This document shows positions 41,001 through 54,629 of a stretch of 64,000 nucleotides of DNA, in pieces. This stretch comes from Eledone cirrhosa (Eukaryota). Below the pieces are notes generated by a model. The model searched no databases, was not told the DNA's origin, and saw nothing but the letters and a program-made list of their open reading frames with translations. A program made the position numbers and the translations under genes. Numbering within the stretch: position 1 is the first letter of the stretch; each line of letters opens with the position of its first letter. The DNA lies in NCBI GenBank assembly GCA_964016885.1, contig OZ024744.1, forward strand, positions 96,162,001 through 96,226,000, in the 5' to 3' direction.

Positions 41001-44000
41001 AAAGGAATATTTAGTATTAGTAAGGGACTATTTAGTATTAATAAGGGTCTATTTAGTATTAGTAAGGGACTATTTTAGTAAAAGGGTCTATTTAGTATTA
41101 GTAAGGGAATATTTATTATTAGTAAGGGACTACTTAGTTTTAGTAAGGGACTACTTTAGTATTAATAAGGGACTATTTTATTAAAAGGAACTACTTAGTA
41201 TTAGTAATGGACTATTTAGTATTAGTAAGGGTCTATTTAGTAAAAGTCAGTGACTATTTAGTATTAGTAAGGGACTACTTAGTATTAGTAAGGGACTATT
41301 TTGATTTTAGTAAGGGACTATTTTATTAAGGGACGATTTAGTAAAAGTAAGGGACTATTTAGTATTAGTAAGGGACTATTTAGTATTAGTAAGGGAGTAT
41401 TTAGTATTAGTAAGGGACGAGTGAGTATTAGTAAGGGAGTATTTAGTATTAGTAAAGGACTATTTAGTAAAAGTAAAACACCATTTAGTAAAAGTAAGTG
41501 ACTATTTAGTATTAGTAAGGGCCTATTTAGTATTAGTAAGTGACTATTTAGTAAAATAAGGAACTATTTAGTATTAGTAAGGCACTATTTTAGTAAAAGG
41601 GACTATTTAGTATTAGTAAGGGAGTATTTAGTATTAGTAAGGGACGATTGAGTATTAGTAAGGGAGTATTTAGTATTAGTAAAGGACTATTTAGTAAAAG
41701 TAAGTGACTATTTAGTATTAGTAACGGAATATTTAGTATTAGTAAGGAACTATTTTGGTATTAGTAAGGGACTACTTTAGTATTAGTAAGGGACTATTCA
41801 GTAAACATAAGGGAGTATTTAGTATAAGTAAGGGACTATTTAGTATTAGTAATAGACTATTTCGTATTAGTAAAGGCCTATTTATTATTAGTAAGGCACT
41901 ATCTTAGAATGGGACGATTTAGTAAAAGTAAGGGACTATTTATTATTAGTAAGGGACTATTTAGTATAAGTAAGGGACTATTTAGTATTAGTAAGGGCGT
42001 ATTTAGTATTAGTAAGCGATTATTTAGTAAAGGTAATGGACTATTTAGTATTAGTAAGGGACTATTTTATTAAAAGGAACTATTTAGTATTAGTAAGGGA
42101 CTATTAAGTATTAGTAAGGGAGTATTTAGTATTAGTAAGTGACTATTTAGTAAAGGTAAGGAACTATTTAGTATTAGTAAGGGACTATTTAGTAAAAGTA
42201 AGGGACTATTTAGTATTAGTAAGGGCTTATTTAGTATTAGTAAGGGACTATTTTTGTATTAGTAAGTGAATATTTTAGTATTAGCAAGTGACTATTGAGT
42301 ATTATTAAGGGACTAATTTAGTAAGCGACGATTCAGTAAAAGTAAGGGACTATTTAGTATTATTAAGGGACTATTTAGTAAAAGTAAGGGCCTATTTAGT
42401 ATTAGTAAGGGACTATTTAGTATTAGTAATGGACTATTTAATAAAAGTAAGGAACTATTTAGTATGAGTAAGGAACCATTTAGTATTAGTAAGGGACTAT
42501 TTAGTATTAATAAGGGACTTTTAGTATTAGTAAGGGACTATTTAGTATTAATAACGTACTATTTTAGTAAAAGGGACTATTTAGTATTATTAAAGGGGTA
42601 TTTAGTATTAGTAAAGGACTATTTAGTATTAGTAAGGGAGCATTTAGTATTAGTAAGGGCGTATTTAGTATTAGTAAATGACCATTTAGTAAAAGTAAGG
42701 GACTATTTAGTATTAGCAAGGGACTATTTTAGTAAAAGGCACTATTTAGTATTAGTAAGGGGTTACTTAGTATTAGTAAGGGACTATTTAGTGTTAGTAT
42801 GGGACTACTTAGTAAAAGTAACAGACTGTTTAGTATTAGTAAGGAACTATTTTAGTATTAGTAAGAGACTATTTAGTAAACGTAAGGGACTATTTAGTAA
42901 ATGTAAGGGACTATTTAGTATTAGCAAGGGACTATATATTATTAGTAACGGACTATTTAGTATTAGTAAGGAACTATCTTAGTATTAGTAATGGACTATT
43001 TTAGGATTAGTAAGGGACTATTTAGTAAACGTAAGGGACTATTTAGTAAATGTAAGGGACTATTTAGTATTAGCAAGGGACTAGATAGTATTAGTAAGGG
43101 ACGATTAGGTATTAGCAAGGGAGTATTTAGTATACATAAGGAACTATATTGGTATTAATAAGGGACTATTTTAGTATTAGTAAGTTACCATTTAGTAAAT
43201 GTAAGGGACTATTTAGTATAATAAGGGAACATTTTAGTAAAACGGACTATTTAGTATCAGTAAAGAGTATTTTGGATTAGTAAAGGACTATTTAGTATTA
43301 GTAAGGAATTATTTCATAAAAGTAAGGGAGTATTTAGTATTAGTAAGGGACTATTTAGTATTAGTAAGGGACTATTTTGGTATTAGTCAGGGACTATTTT
43401 AGTAAAAGTAAGGGACTATTTAGTAAACGTAAGGGACTATTCAGTATTAGTAAGCGACTATTTAGTATTAATAAGGGACTATTTAGTAAACGTAAGGGGC
43501 TATTTAGTATTAGTAAGGGAGTATTTAGTAAAAGTAAGTGACTATTTAGTTTTAGTAAGGGACTATTTAGTAACAGGAAGGGACTCTTTAGTATTAGTAA
43601 GGGGCTATTTAATATTTATAAGGAACTATTTAGTAAAAGTAAGAGACTGTCTCATTAGTAAGGGACTATTTAGTATTAGTAAGGGACTGTTTTAATTAGG
43701 GACTATTTAGTATTAGTAAGGCACTATTTAGTAAAAGTAAGGAAGTATTTAGTATGCCTAAGTGACTATGTAGTATTATTAAGGGGCCATTTAGTATTAG
43801 TAAACAACTATTTAGTAAAAGTAAGGGACTATTTTAGTAAAAGGGACTATTTAGTATTAGTAATGGACTCTTTAGTATTAGTAAGGGACTATTTTAGTAT
43901 TAGTAAGGGACTATATAAGTATTAGTAATGGACTATTTTAGTATTAGTAATGGACTATTTAGTATTAGTTAGGGATTATTTAGTATTAGTAAGGGACTAT

Positions 44001-45199
44001 TTTAGTAAGGAATTATTTTGTAAACATAAGAGACTATTTAGTATCAGTAAGGGACTATTTAGTAAAGGTAAGGCACTATTTAGGAAAAGTAAGGGACTAT
44101 TTAGTATTAGTAAGGTACAATTTAGTATTAGTATGGGACTATTTAGGAAAAGTAAGGGACTATTTAGTATTAATAAGGGACTATTTAGTATTAATAAGGG
44201 ACTATTTTAGTAAAAGTAAGATACTAATTAGTATTAGTAAGGGACTATTTAGTATTAGTAAGGGAATATTTAGTAAAAGTAAGGGACTATTTAGCAAAAG
44301 AAGGGAGTACTTAGTAGTAGTAAGGGACTATTTAGTAAAAGCAATGGACTATTTTAGTAAAAGGGACTATTTAGTATTAGTAATGGACTCTTTAGAATTA
44401 GTAAGGGACTATTTTAGTATTAGTAAGGGACTATTTTAGTATTAGTAATGGACTATTTTAGTATTAGTAACGGACTATTTAGTATTAGTTAGGGACTATT
44501 TAGTATTAGTAAGGGACTATTTTAGTAAGGAATTATTTAGTAAAAGTAAGAGACTATTTAGTATTAGTAGGGGACTATCTAGTAAAGGTAAGGCACTATT
44601 TAGGAAAAAAAGGGCCTATTTAGTATTAGTAAGGTACAATTTAGTATTAGTATGGGACTATTTAGTAAATTCTTGGACTATTTACTATTAATAAGGGACT
44701 AATTAGTATTAATATGGGACTATTTTACTAAAAGTAAGATACTATCTAGTATTAGTAAGGGATTATTTAGTATTAGTAAGGGACTATTTAGTAAAAGTAA
44801 GGGACTATTTAGTATTAGAAAGGGACTATTTACTATTAGTAAGGGACTATTTAAGTCAAAGTAAGGAACTATTTAGTATTAGAAAGGGACTATTTACTAT
44901 TAGTAAGGGACTAATTAGTATTAATATGGGACTATTTTACTAAAAGTAAGATACTATCTAGTATTAGTAAGGGATTATTTAGTATTAGTAAGGGACTATT
45001 TAGTAAAAGTAAGGGACTATTTAGTATTAGAAAGGGACTATTTACTATTAGTAAGGAACTATTTAAGTCAAAGTAAGGAACTATTTAGTATTAGAAAGGG
45101 ACTATTTACTATTAGTAAGGGACTATTTAAGTCAAAGTAAGGAACTATTTAGTAAAACGGTGAACAGTTGAGGATGAGGTAGTTTGGAATTCGGAGTCG

Positions 45200-45608
45200 G
45201 AGTGGAGATGAATGAAGATGAGGAGAAGGAGGAAGAGGAAGGGGAGGAGAAGGAGGAGGATGAAGAGATGGAGGCAGAGGAAGAAGAGGAGGAGGGGTAT
45301 GGTGACAGAGGAAGCGGAGATTGAGAAGAAGTTGGAGTAGTAGTAGGAGACGAAGGAGGAGGTGGAGGAGGAGGGGGAGGAGAAGGGGTAGAAGGAGGAA
45401 GAGGAGGAGAAGTAAGAGACGGAAGAGGATGAGGAGACGGAAGAGGAGGGGGAAGAGAAGGAGGTGGATGAGGAGAGGGAGACAGAGGAAGAGGAGGATT
45501 GATAAGAGGATGATGAAGAGGAGGAGGGTGAGGAGGAGGAATAGTAGTATGAGGAGTAATGAGGAGTAGGAGGAGGAAGAGGAGGAAGAGGAGTAGGAGT
45601 AGGAGGAA
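45200..45608. repeat. Purine-rich (GGA/GAA) low-complexity tract
   Basis: Direct reading. Confidence 0.9.
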
Positions 45609-45764
45609 AATCAGGTTTCCTATAAATGAGAACCAAATCAATTGTCCTGTATTTGTTGTGAGATATCGATGGATCGATTTAAGACTTCTAAATACATATT
45701 CTCGAACATTTTGATGAAACATTACAAAATTATCAAAATATCAAGCAAATCCTCCGCTCTTATC

Positions 45765-46202
45765 TAATAATAATTATTTCTACTTTTGGCACAAGGCCAG
45801 CAAATACCCAGTGTATTACTGGTATTTTATTTTATCGACCCCCGGAAGAATGAAAGGCAAAGTTAACCTCGGCGGGATTTGAACTCAGAATGTCTATGCT
45901 GCAAAGCACGGTGTCTGACCCTCTACCGATACTGCCAATCCACTGCCCTTCAATCCTTGATTCATAATACTAGTTTCTACTTTTGGCACAAGGCCAGAAT
46001 GGAAAGGGACGTATTTAATAATAATTGTTTCTACTTTAGGCACAAGGCCAGCATTACCCAGTGCATTACTGGTACTTTATTTTATCGACCCCGTAAGGAT
46101 GAAAGGCAAAGTCAACCTCGGCGGGATTTGAACTCAGATCGTAAAGGGACGTAACTATGCTGGAAAGCATGGCGTCCGACCCTCTACCGATACTGCCAAT
46201 CC
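45765..46202 (-). mobile_element. SINE cluster (45765-45950, 45970-45998, 46017-46202)
   Basis: Match to the SINE at 4833-5009. Confidence 0.85.
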
Positions 46203-46544
46203 ATAATAATATTCAATTCGTTTGCAAGCAACCTCATTAAGCTATGTCTTTTTAGATGACCATTGTCATCCTTTTGTTCTAGCGGTGACAGAGAGAAACA
46301 ACCGACAATATTGTAGATAATTATAAGTTTACCTAACGAGAGGTAAAATCACCTCATCAAAGAAAATAAGACATCAAAGAGCCGAGTAATTTACCGTAAA
46401 TAGCTCAGCTTGTAATAACAAAAAAAAGAAAGAATAAAAAAGAAAGAAAATCTGAAAGGGCGCCCGCCCCTTGGGTACACAAGATGTTCAGGTAAATTTG
46501 ATAGAAGAAGTTCAGTGATAGACACATTTTTCAAATGCAGGTAG

Positions 46545-46716
46545 GATCTATAGAGGTGGTTGATAGCTTCCGATACCTAGGTGATCTGATTAGCAAGGGA
46601 GGAGGGTGCTTTGAAACCATAGTATCTAGGATAAGGGCGAGTAGAAGAAGTTTAGGGAGCTGCTTCCTCTGTTGACAAAGAAGGTTTTCTCCCTACGAAT
46701 GAAAGGCCAGTTATAT
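46545..46716 (+). mobile_element. RTE-like LINE RT fragment
   Basis: Translates IEVVDSFRYLGDLISKGGGC..SRIR and FRELLPLLT..FSLRMKGQLY. Confidence 0.7.
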
Positions 46717-47319
46717 TTGTTAACTATTGGCAATACTTAAACTCTTCCCGATGCCTTTCCTGTGTCTATCATTGACAAATTAATCCATACAGTATTATCT
46801 TAACGCTTGTTTATCTAGCAAGGTCGATATGAAAAGTACCTATTATAAAAAAACGAGCAAACGAACAAACAAACTAACAAACTACCACTGGCAATTGTTT
46901 TTCAAGCATTGAAAAACAATTATATCAGTTATGCAAGAATTTTTAGTCTTAAAAATGCTGAGGTATGTTTTCAATAAGAGCTGAACCGAATTATCATATA
47001 GAATAATCTTAAATCTTCCGTCCCGTGTTTATTTGACATAAATGAATGCTGTAACTTTATTGACGATCATAACAAATTTAAAGGCATTTATGTCACGTGT
47101 AAAATATCTTAGATAGTATATCTTAAATAGTATAGATACGTTTTCGGCAATGGACGTATACATTTCATTCATTATTGCATTTAAAATAACACCTAATTTT
47201 CACTGCTTTCTCTTAAATGACTTAAAATTTCTATTTCTAAAACAGAACTTGAAAAGATAATTGGCTTGTTAGTTTATTACAGCAAATAGGTAGTGGCACA
47301 ATTTATTTTTTCTCGGATA

Positions 47320-47915
47320 AAGTAAGACTCTGATCTCCGAGTAGAGCCGCTACTTCTCTGAATTGAGAGATCACAGCTCCGATACTTATGGACATGTGGT
47401 TAGAATGTCTCAGGAAATACAGTCTTTGTAATGCAATCTTTGTGAGGCAGACGTTGTGATACAATCTCTATAATGCAGTTTTTGTAATGCATTGCATTAT
47501 ATAAATGCAATACAAAATTAATGACCTGAAGAATACGATCGCTAATACATGGGGCGGAAATGGGGTTCCACCCGAAGGGTCTTTAGCGTAACGTTACTCG
47601 ATAGAGTACATAGCTCGGAGATTAGAGAGTTACTCCAGGTAGAGCCGCTATTTCGCTGAATAGAGAGATCACAGCTATGATACATACTATGGGCATGTGG
47701 TTAGATTGTCTCAGGAAAGAATTGCTGGACTGATTTTACGGGAAAAACCAACTGACAGGAGACCCAAGGGTTGACCACGATCTAGATGGTTCGATAACAT
47801 CCATGAGTTTGGCTGGTCTAGCTTGAGGGTCCACCCGGATCAGTTGGAGACGGTTGCTTCTGACAGGACCTGCTGGAAGGAGTGTTTGAGGATTCTGTCT
47901 CCATGACCCTCTCAG
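47320..47915 (+). mobile_element. Decayed RTE-like 3' fragment with local duplication
   Basis: IERSQL..YGHVVR..RRPKG.PRSRW at 47640-47800; 47341-47417 duplicates 47639-47718. Confidence 0.65.
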
Positions 47916-47921
47916 GATTCT

Positions 47922-47922
<1 letters not shown>

Positions 47923-47959
<37 letters not shown>

Positions 47960-48301
47960 TTCTTCTTCTTCTTCTTCTTCTTCTTCTTCTTCTTCTTCTT
48001 CTTCTTCTTCTTCTTCTTCTTCTTCTTCTTCTTCTTCTTCTTCTTCTTCTTCTTCTTCTTCTTCTTCTTCTTCTTCTTCTTCTTCTTCTTCTTCTTCTTC
48101 TTCTTCTTCTTCTTCTTCTTCTTCTTCTTCTTCTTCTTCTTCTTCTTCTTCTTCTTCTTCTTCTTCTTCTTCTTCTTCTTCTTCTTCTTCTTCTTCTTCT
48201 TCTTCTTCTTCTTCTTCTTCTTCTTCTTCTTCTTCTTCTTCTTCTTCTTCTTCTTCTTCTTCTTCTTCTTCTTCTTCTTCTTCTTCTTCTTCTTCTTCTT
48301 C
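47923..48301. repeat. Compound (CGG)n(CTT)n trinucleotide repeat
   Basis: ~12 CGG followed by ~340 bp of pure CTT. Confidence 0.98.
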
Positions 48302-48610
48302 ATTATACTGAAATAGTAAAAGAACAGGAAATTATTATGACATTAATTTACGTAGATGAAGTTGGCTATTGACAAATTTGACAAGTGAAACGCTACTAGA
48401 CAACAGAGTGAGTAAGACGTTCCGATTCCGTTATGGATGCTATGTCAACGCTTCATTGAAAATAGTTACTATATGCCCTTTAAGATCTAGTTTCTTAAGA
48501 AGGGAAACACTAATAGGAAATACTCAGATTTATAGATAATCCTATTGAAATAGATGATAAGTAAACGATAAATTCTATATAATGAACAGATTGAAACAAA
48601 TCTCTCTCTG

Positions 48611-48734
<124 letters not shown>

Positions 48735-48741
48735 GTATATA

Positions 48742-48769
<28 letters not shown>

Positions 48770-48772
<3 letters not shown>

Positions 48773-49095
48773 TGTTATACTTTGGGAGGGTCATGTTGCC
48801 AAATAAGAAACACACGCACCAGTTGCTTTCACTCCAATTTATTATAAATTAAATTTATAAATTTAAGAAATTTGTAAATTTCCTGTTGGTTGGTTGGTTG
48901 GTTCCACAACCGGACGGTTGTTCATATATTGTCAAAGTTCTTTCGTCACACATTCTGTGACCTCTTCAGTGACTGGGGATTCTTTTCTTCGTTTTGTGCC
49001 TCTCCTTTGTTCTGTCCTACGCCATCTTGTTTTCAAAAATCTTGTTCTGTCCTACGCTATCTTGTTTTTAAAAACAAGATGGCGTAGAACAGAAA
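48770..49095 (-). mobile_element. Penelope-like pLTR fragment (family of 23607-24397)
   Basis: Homologous to 24165-24397 inverted; abuts (TA)n; terminal fold-back at ~49035-49094. Confidence 0.7.
48931..48973 (-). ncRNA. Minimal hammerhead motif with one extra core nucleotide
   Basis: GUCA-CUGAAGA-G-GUCACA GAAUG UGUGAC-GAAAG AA CUU-UGAC. Confidence 0.65.
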
Positions 49096-49170
49096 ATTGT
49101 TATAATAAATTGTAATAATAATAATAATGATGAGGATGATGATGATGATGATGATAATAATAATAATAAT

Positions 49171-52014
49171 GATTTCTTTATTAACCACAAGGGTTTACAC
49201 AGAGTAAGACATTACAGGACAATACAAGACGGTAAAAATGGGAATTTCTGCGTGTAAAAAAAAACAGAGGATGTAACAAAAAAAGAAACAATGAAAATTT
49301 CCCCAATAGGGGGGAGACTTCCGAGGGACATTCGTGGAGAAAGCCCATTAAAAAAGCCACGGTGACCCTGACTACCAGGGCAAGTGCCCTCTCCCAGTTT
49401 TCCACCTTTAATTTACAGACACATACTCAGAGTAGGCCCATTCACTCGGGCCATTCTTGCCTCTCTCACCCATCTTTCAACAAAATGCTGGGAAGAGAGA
49501 ACTTCCCTCTCTACCCTGATTTTCCTTTTCAAATGAAATTTGAAAAAGTTAATCAGGGCATCACCGAAGAGGTAAGTGCTCGTCTTCAGCCCTTTCAAAC
49601 GTGCCCACCATACTATATCTTTCGCCATGGCCACCAGACAGATAAAAACTGCCTGCCCTTCCCGGCTAAAGGAGGATGGCGGGGAAATCCTCACGATGGA
49701 CTCAGCTGATAGCCAGATCCGTCCTACACGCGACAGCAGGTGTTCGACATAAACACACAAGTCAGCAATGCCCAGACACTGGACAAGTGCGTGCAGGACG
49801 GTTTATCTCGAACTGGCAAAGCTCCTCGGTAGCACTGCCAGGCCAGGGATTTCTGGAAGTTGTCCATAGGCTCCGGCGCAAAAGTTCTTCCGAAGAGATT
49901 GGCTAGTTGATTTTCGTCGACGCCTAGAGTTTCTCCAAGTACGTTGTCACTCTTCCCCTCCACTAATCCTCGATAGAACGCCAAGATGGAGTTTCCACCG
50001 ATCACATATCCCGATTGGTCGCGGGCTGTGAGCACCTGAAGACATTCCAGTCTCCAAGCGCTCCCTCTCGGTCTTCGTTTGACCCAGGACTGCGGCTCCG
50101 TCAAGGAGACGAGCTGGGGAAAGACGCGTCTAGCAAACGGCGACCACACCTGATCACCGCCGAGGAATAGGTGGAGATGTAGCCTGAGCGCGTGTCTGCG
50201 CATCATCAGCCACGGCATGCCCAGCCCTCCACGTAGCGGGTGTTGACAGCAGACGGACCGGCTGACCATCGGAACGCGCCCCTTCTACAAAAAGCGAAAG
50301 AGCAAACGCTCCAGCGCAGTCAGGCGAGGCTTAGGAGAAGGCACGACGGTCAGGCGGTAGTAGATGACGGACACGATATACGCATTCGCCACCTCCGCTC
50401 GATCTTTCAGGGATAGCTTCCTCTCTGCCCATTTCTGGGTGAGAGAAGCCACCCTGCTGGTCTCCCCGTCCCAGTTTTTGTCCGTCTGGAGGTCCGGACC
50501 GAACCAGACCCCTAGAAATTTAACCGGTTCCGTCCGTCCAGCGCCCGACGACGCTGTTGGACGGCATGGACCTGCCTCTCCAGGTGCCGGGGTTGTTGCT
50601 GCTACAGTTGCTTCTGTTGTTGCTGCTACAGTTGTTGCTGCCATTTCTGCTGCTGGTGGTTTTGATGGTTGAGTCACTGGGGTGGGTAGGAAAGGTGGCT
50701 TCAACTTTTTAGCCTGAGGGCAGAAAGCCTTTAGGTGGGTTCCTTCGTCACAAACGACACACATAGGCCTTCTACCCTCAACGACTACGGTGAAGTGGCT
50801 GCCGTCATTGAGGTCTATACCTCTGGATTTTCCTCAATGTTTCTTTGGTCCGCTTGGATCAGGAGCTCCATCTCAGATCCGGACCATTTCCCCTGCTTTT
50901 CTTTTGTTACTTCAATTATTTTCTTGTTGGCCTCGATAGCGGCGAGGACGGCAGCCATTATCCAGGGAATTTCGATGGCCAGTGGAACGTGGGTCACCCT
51001 GATCTTCACGAGTCTCTGACCACAATAGCTTGGGACGAGTGTGAAGTCGTCACTTCTTCATGGGGCCATGGAGTGTTCTCTGGCTTCCAGTGGTGTTCCA
51101 AAGAACACATCCACGGTTCCATATTTCTTCCCACGTCTGATGTGGGTCTTTTTCGCCCACACATGTCCCAAAGCTTTTTGTATTTGGGACTCGGATGCTC
51201 GTTCCACTCGGCGTGATTTTGTGTTTACGTCCGATATGACACGGTCCATAGGTGTCGATGCTCCATTTTATTAGGTGGAGAGGTGAGGCTGACCCTGTAC
51301 CGATCTTTTTTTTACCATTCGCTTGGCTTCATTTAATTCATCCCGGCTTACCACGATTGTTTCGCTTTCCTTGGCTGCTTTGGCAAACGACACATTTTGT
51401 TTTGCGCTGGTGTTGATGTTGTTGTTATTCTCATTGTTGTTGTTGTTGTTGTTATTGTTATTTTTGTTATTGTTATTTTTAGTTTCAGTTGTGGTGGTGG
51501 TGGTGGCGTCAGTGGTGTTCGGTGTGGAAGAGTCGATTCTGGGTGAATCCATTTCGATGTCACGAGATAATTTTTTTTTGTTTCTGTTGTCGCTGTGGTG
51601 GTGGTGGGGGTGGCGGCTTTAACACCTGCAGTTATTGGTAATGGTGGGAAATGAATGTCTGCATGAGACAAATTTACATTATTGCCACTGCTTATATTTT
51701 GAGTGTTGGCAACCGTAGTAATATTTACAATGGTGGTGTTGGTGTGAGGTGTTAGTTTGTGAGGAAGGCTGTCAGCTTCGTATGGCTGTGAGGCCTCCAT
51801 CTTTTTTTCAAAGAAAGTTTTTGTTTGATAATTATAAAAGTTTAAATTTTGGGCTCAAGGCCCCAATCTTTTTGAGTGTACTTTTCAGAAAGCAATATAT
51901 GTGAACTTATAAACATCTAACACATTTTTTTTCCCATAACTGGCAATTTGAAACAACTGAAAACAACAAACCTTTGCGGAGCTCACGATGATACGATTTC
52001 CTACGTAGGTCGCC
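49171..52014 (-). mobile_element. Tx1/L1-like LINE with large internal deletion
   Basis: ORF1 remnant with CX2CX4HX4C (CVVCDEGTHLKAFC) is joined near 50572 to the RT C-terminus (KFLGVWFG, KLSL..R, GGLG). AATAA-type 3' end; (AAT)n at both ends. Confidence 0.85.
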
Positions 52015-52029
52015 AATAATAATAATAAT

Positions 52030-53290
52030 GATTTCTTTATTGGCCACAAGGGCTGACATCAAGACAAACATTACAGACGGCACAAGACGGTACGATGTGG
52101 GTTTTGTGCGTGTAAAGATTTTTATTATTTATATAAAAAAAGAAAAAAAAGACATAGAAACATATATATATATATAAACAATAAAAATGAAAATTGAAAC
52201 AATGAAAAATTCCCCAATAGGGGGGGAAACCTCTGAGAGTTACTCGTGGCGAAAACCGCACAAAAGACCACGGCCATCCTGACCACCAGGGCAAGTGTTC
52301 TCTCTCAATTTTTCCATTTCTCAAACTACAGGCGTATATTCAGAGCGGTCCCGTTCACTCGGACCATTCTCGCTACATTCACCCACCTTTCAACAAATTT
52401 GCTAGAAAGCAGCACTTGCCTCTCCACCCTGATTTTCCTCTTCAAGTGAAACTTGAAAAAGTTAATTAGGGATTCGCCAAAGAGGAAAGTATCTGTCTTT
52501 AACCCTTTCAACCTTGTCCACCACACAATCTCTTTCGCTATGGTCACCAGGCAGATGAAAACCGCCTGCCCTTCCTCCTCGAAGGAAGACGGCGAGACCA
52601 TCTGCACAATGGACTCAGTCGATAACCGGATCAGTCCTACACGCGACAGCAACTGTTCGACATATCTCCACAAGTGAGCAATGCTCGGGCACTGAACGAA
52701 TGCGTGCACGACGCTTTCGTCGCTCTGCGCGCATCTCGGACAGGCTCGGCTGACGGCACTTCCGTGCCTGTAGAGCTTATCTCGAACCGGCAACGCTCCC
52801 TGGTAGCACTGCCAGGCCAGGGATTTTTGGAAGTTATCCATAGGCCCTGAGCTGAAAGTTCTCCGAGAACGTCGTCGCTCTTCCCCTCTACTAGTCCTCT
52901 ATAGAACGCCGAGGTGGATGTTCCACCGATATTGGTGCCCAGCTGGCAGAGGGAAGTGAGCACCTGGAGACATTCCAGTTTCTAAGCGCTATCCCTCGGT
53001 CATTTCCTGACCCAGGACTGCAGCTCCGTCAAGGAGACGAGCTGTGGGAAAACGTGCCTGGCGAACGGCGACGACACCTGTTCACCGTCAAGGAAGCACC
53101 AGAGATGTCGCAGCCTCAGCGCATGTTTGCGCATCATCAGCCATGTCATGCCCAGTCCTCCACGCAACGGGTGTTGACAGCAGATGGATCGTCTGACCAT
53201 GGGAGCGCGTCCCTTCCACAAAAAGCGGAAGAGGAGGCGCTCCATTTTGGTGAGAGTTGGGCCGGGGCAAGGGACGACGGTGAGGCGGTA
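52030..53290 (-). mobile_element. 5'-truncated Tx1/L1-like LINE
   Basis: FLWKG, GGLG and CPRC..ESVVHAFVQC; AATAAAG end; (AAT)n at both ends. Confidence 0.88.
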
Positions 53291-53519
53291 ATAATAATAA
53301 TAATAATAATAATAAAAATAATAATGATTTCTACAATAGGCACAATATTAATAGAGAAGATACGCACATGGTGGACAGAGTGTTATGGAATCGCACCCGT
53401 AAGTTTTTGATTTTTTACATATTTAAAACAATTGTGATAGAATAATTCTTATTACAAATGGAATATAAGATACCTGTCTTATTTAATATTTAATTTTGTA
53501 TCAGAAATTTTGTAGTAAA

Positions 53520-53796
53520 AAAAGAAAATGGTTATGAACAACAGCCACATAATTTCACCACCAACACCACCACCGCCGCCACCCCCATCACCACTACCAC
53601 AAAAAATCTAGCCAGGCTACATCACCACCGCCTACTATCCCATCATCACCGCCACTACTGCATCATCGCTACCACCACTATTCCCTCACTGCCTCCTGTT
53701 AAAAGAGAGGGATGGCTGTAGTGCCACTACAGAGAATAAGCGAGGAAGGCATCAAAAGATATAAATAGACTGATTTAGTGACTCGGTCAAACAGCT

Positions 53797-53827
<31 letters not shown>

Positions 53828-54425
53828 CAAAAATAATTATTATCTCTAAACTTTAAACTCTCTCAAAATGTTTAGTTTAAACGATGTCAAATCTAAACTA
53901 TAATATAATAATTGTTTCTACTTTTGGCACAAGGCCAGCAATTATCCCAGTGTATTACTGGTACTTTATTTTATCGACCCCGTAAGGAGGAAAGGCAAAG
54001 TTAACTATAATATAATAATAATAATAAGCAACAAGTCGAAAGATTATAGAACAGAACACAAGAAAATGGTTACGAACAACAGCCAAATAACATCACCACC
54101 AACAACACCACCGCCGCCACCACCATCACCACTACAACAAAAAATATCTAGCCAGGTTGCAGCAACACCATCACTATAGTACTACTACCCCATCGCCACC
54201 GCCACCACTGCATCATCGCTACCACCACAACCCACATGAATGAATAAGCGAGGAAGGCATCAAAAGATATAAATAGACTGATTTAGTGACCTGGTCAAAC
54301 AGCTTACAACAACAACAACACCAAAATAATAATTATTGTTGTTGTACCTCTCAACTCTAAACTCTTTCAAAATGTTTAGTTTAAACGATGTCAAATCTAA
54401 ACTATAATATAAATAATAATAGGCA
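53520..54425. repeat. ~540-bp imperfect tandem duplication with SINE fragment (53905-54005, minus)
   Basis: 53522-53905 resembles 54061-54420. Confidence 0.7.
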
Positions 54426-54629
54426 ACAAGTTGAAAGAACACAGACAAAAAACAAATCTCAAAAGTGTTGAACGCAACAACACTAGTAACCGATGTTACG
54501 AAAAACATAAAGGAAAAAAAGACAAACCAACAAAAAACTAAGTCAGACATTCAAACATTACGATGAAACTTATGTTTATTTTTTAAAGTTTGTATCTATT
54601 TATTTGTTTATTTACTTATGTTCGTCTAC

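Larger units (their letters stand above)
35660..45156. repeat. 21-bp tandem satellite, consensus TTTAGTATTAGTAAGGGACTA
   Basis: Hundreds of diverged units; common variant TTTAGTAAAAGTAAGGGACTA; interrupted at 37389-38029. Confidence 0.97.

Noticed and set aside
36495-44210. LVLVRDY, SISKGLF and LLILNSP repeat ORFs
   Set aside because: They are reading frames of the 21-bp satellite, constantly broken by indels.
35660-45156. CRISPR-like array
   Set aside because: Units are contiguous with no unique spacers and no cas genes, and the context is eukaryotic.
45132-45722. Proline/serine-rich protein ORFs
   Set aside because: Products of a purine-rich low-complexity tract.
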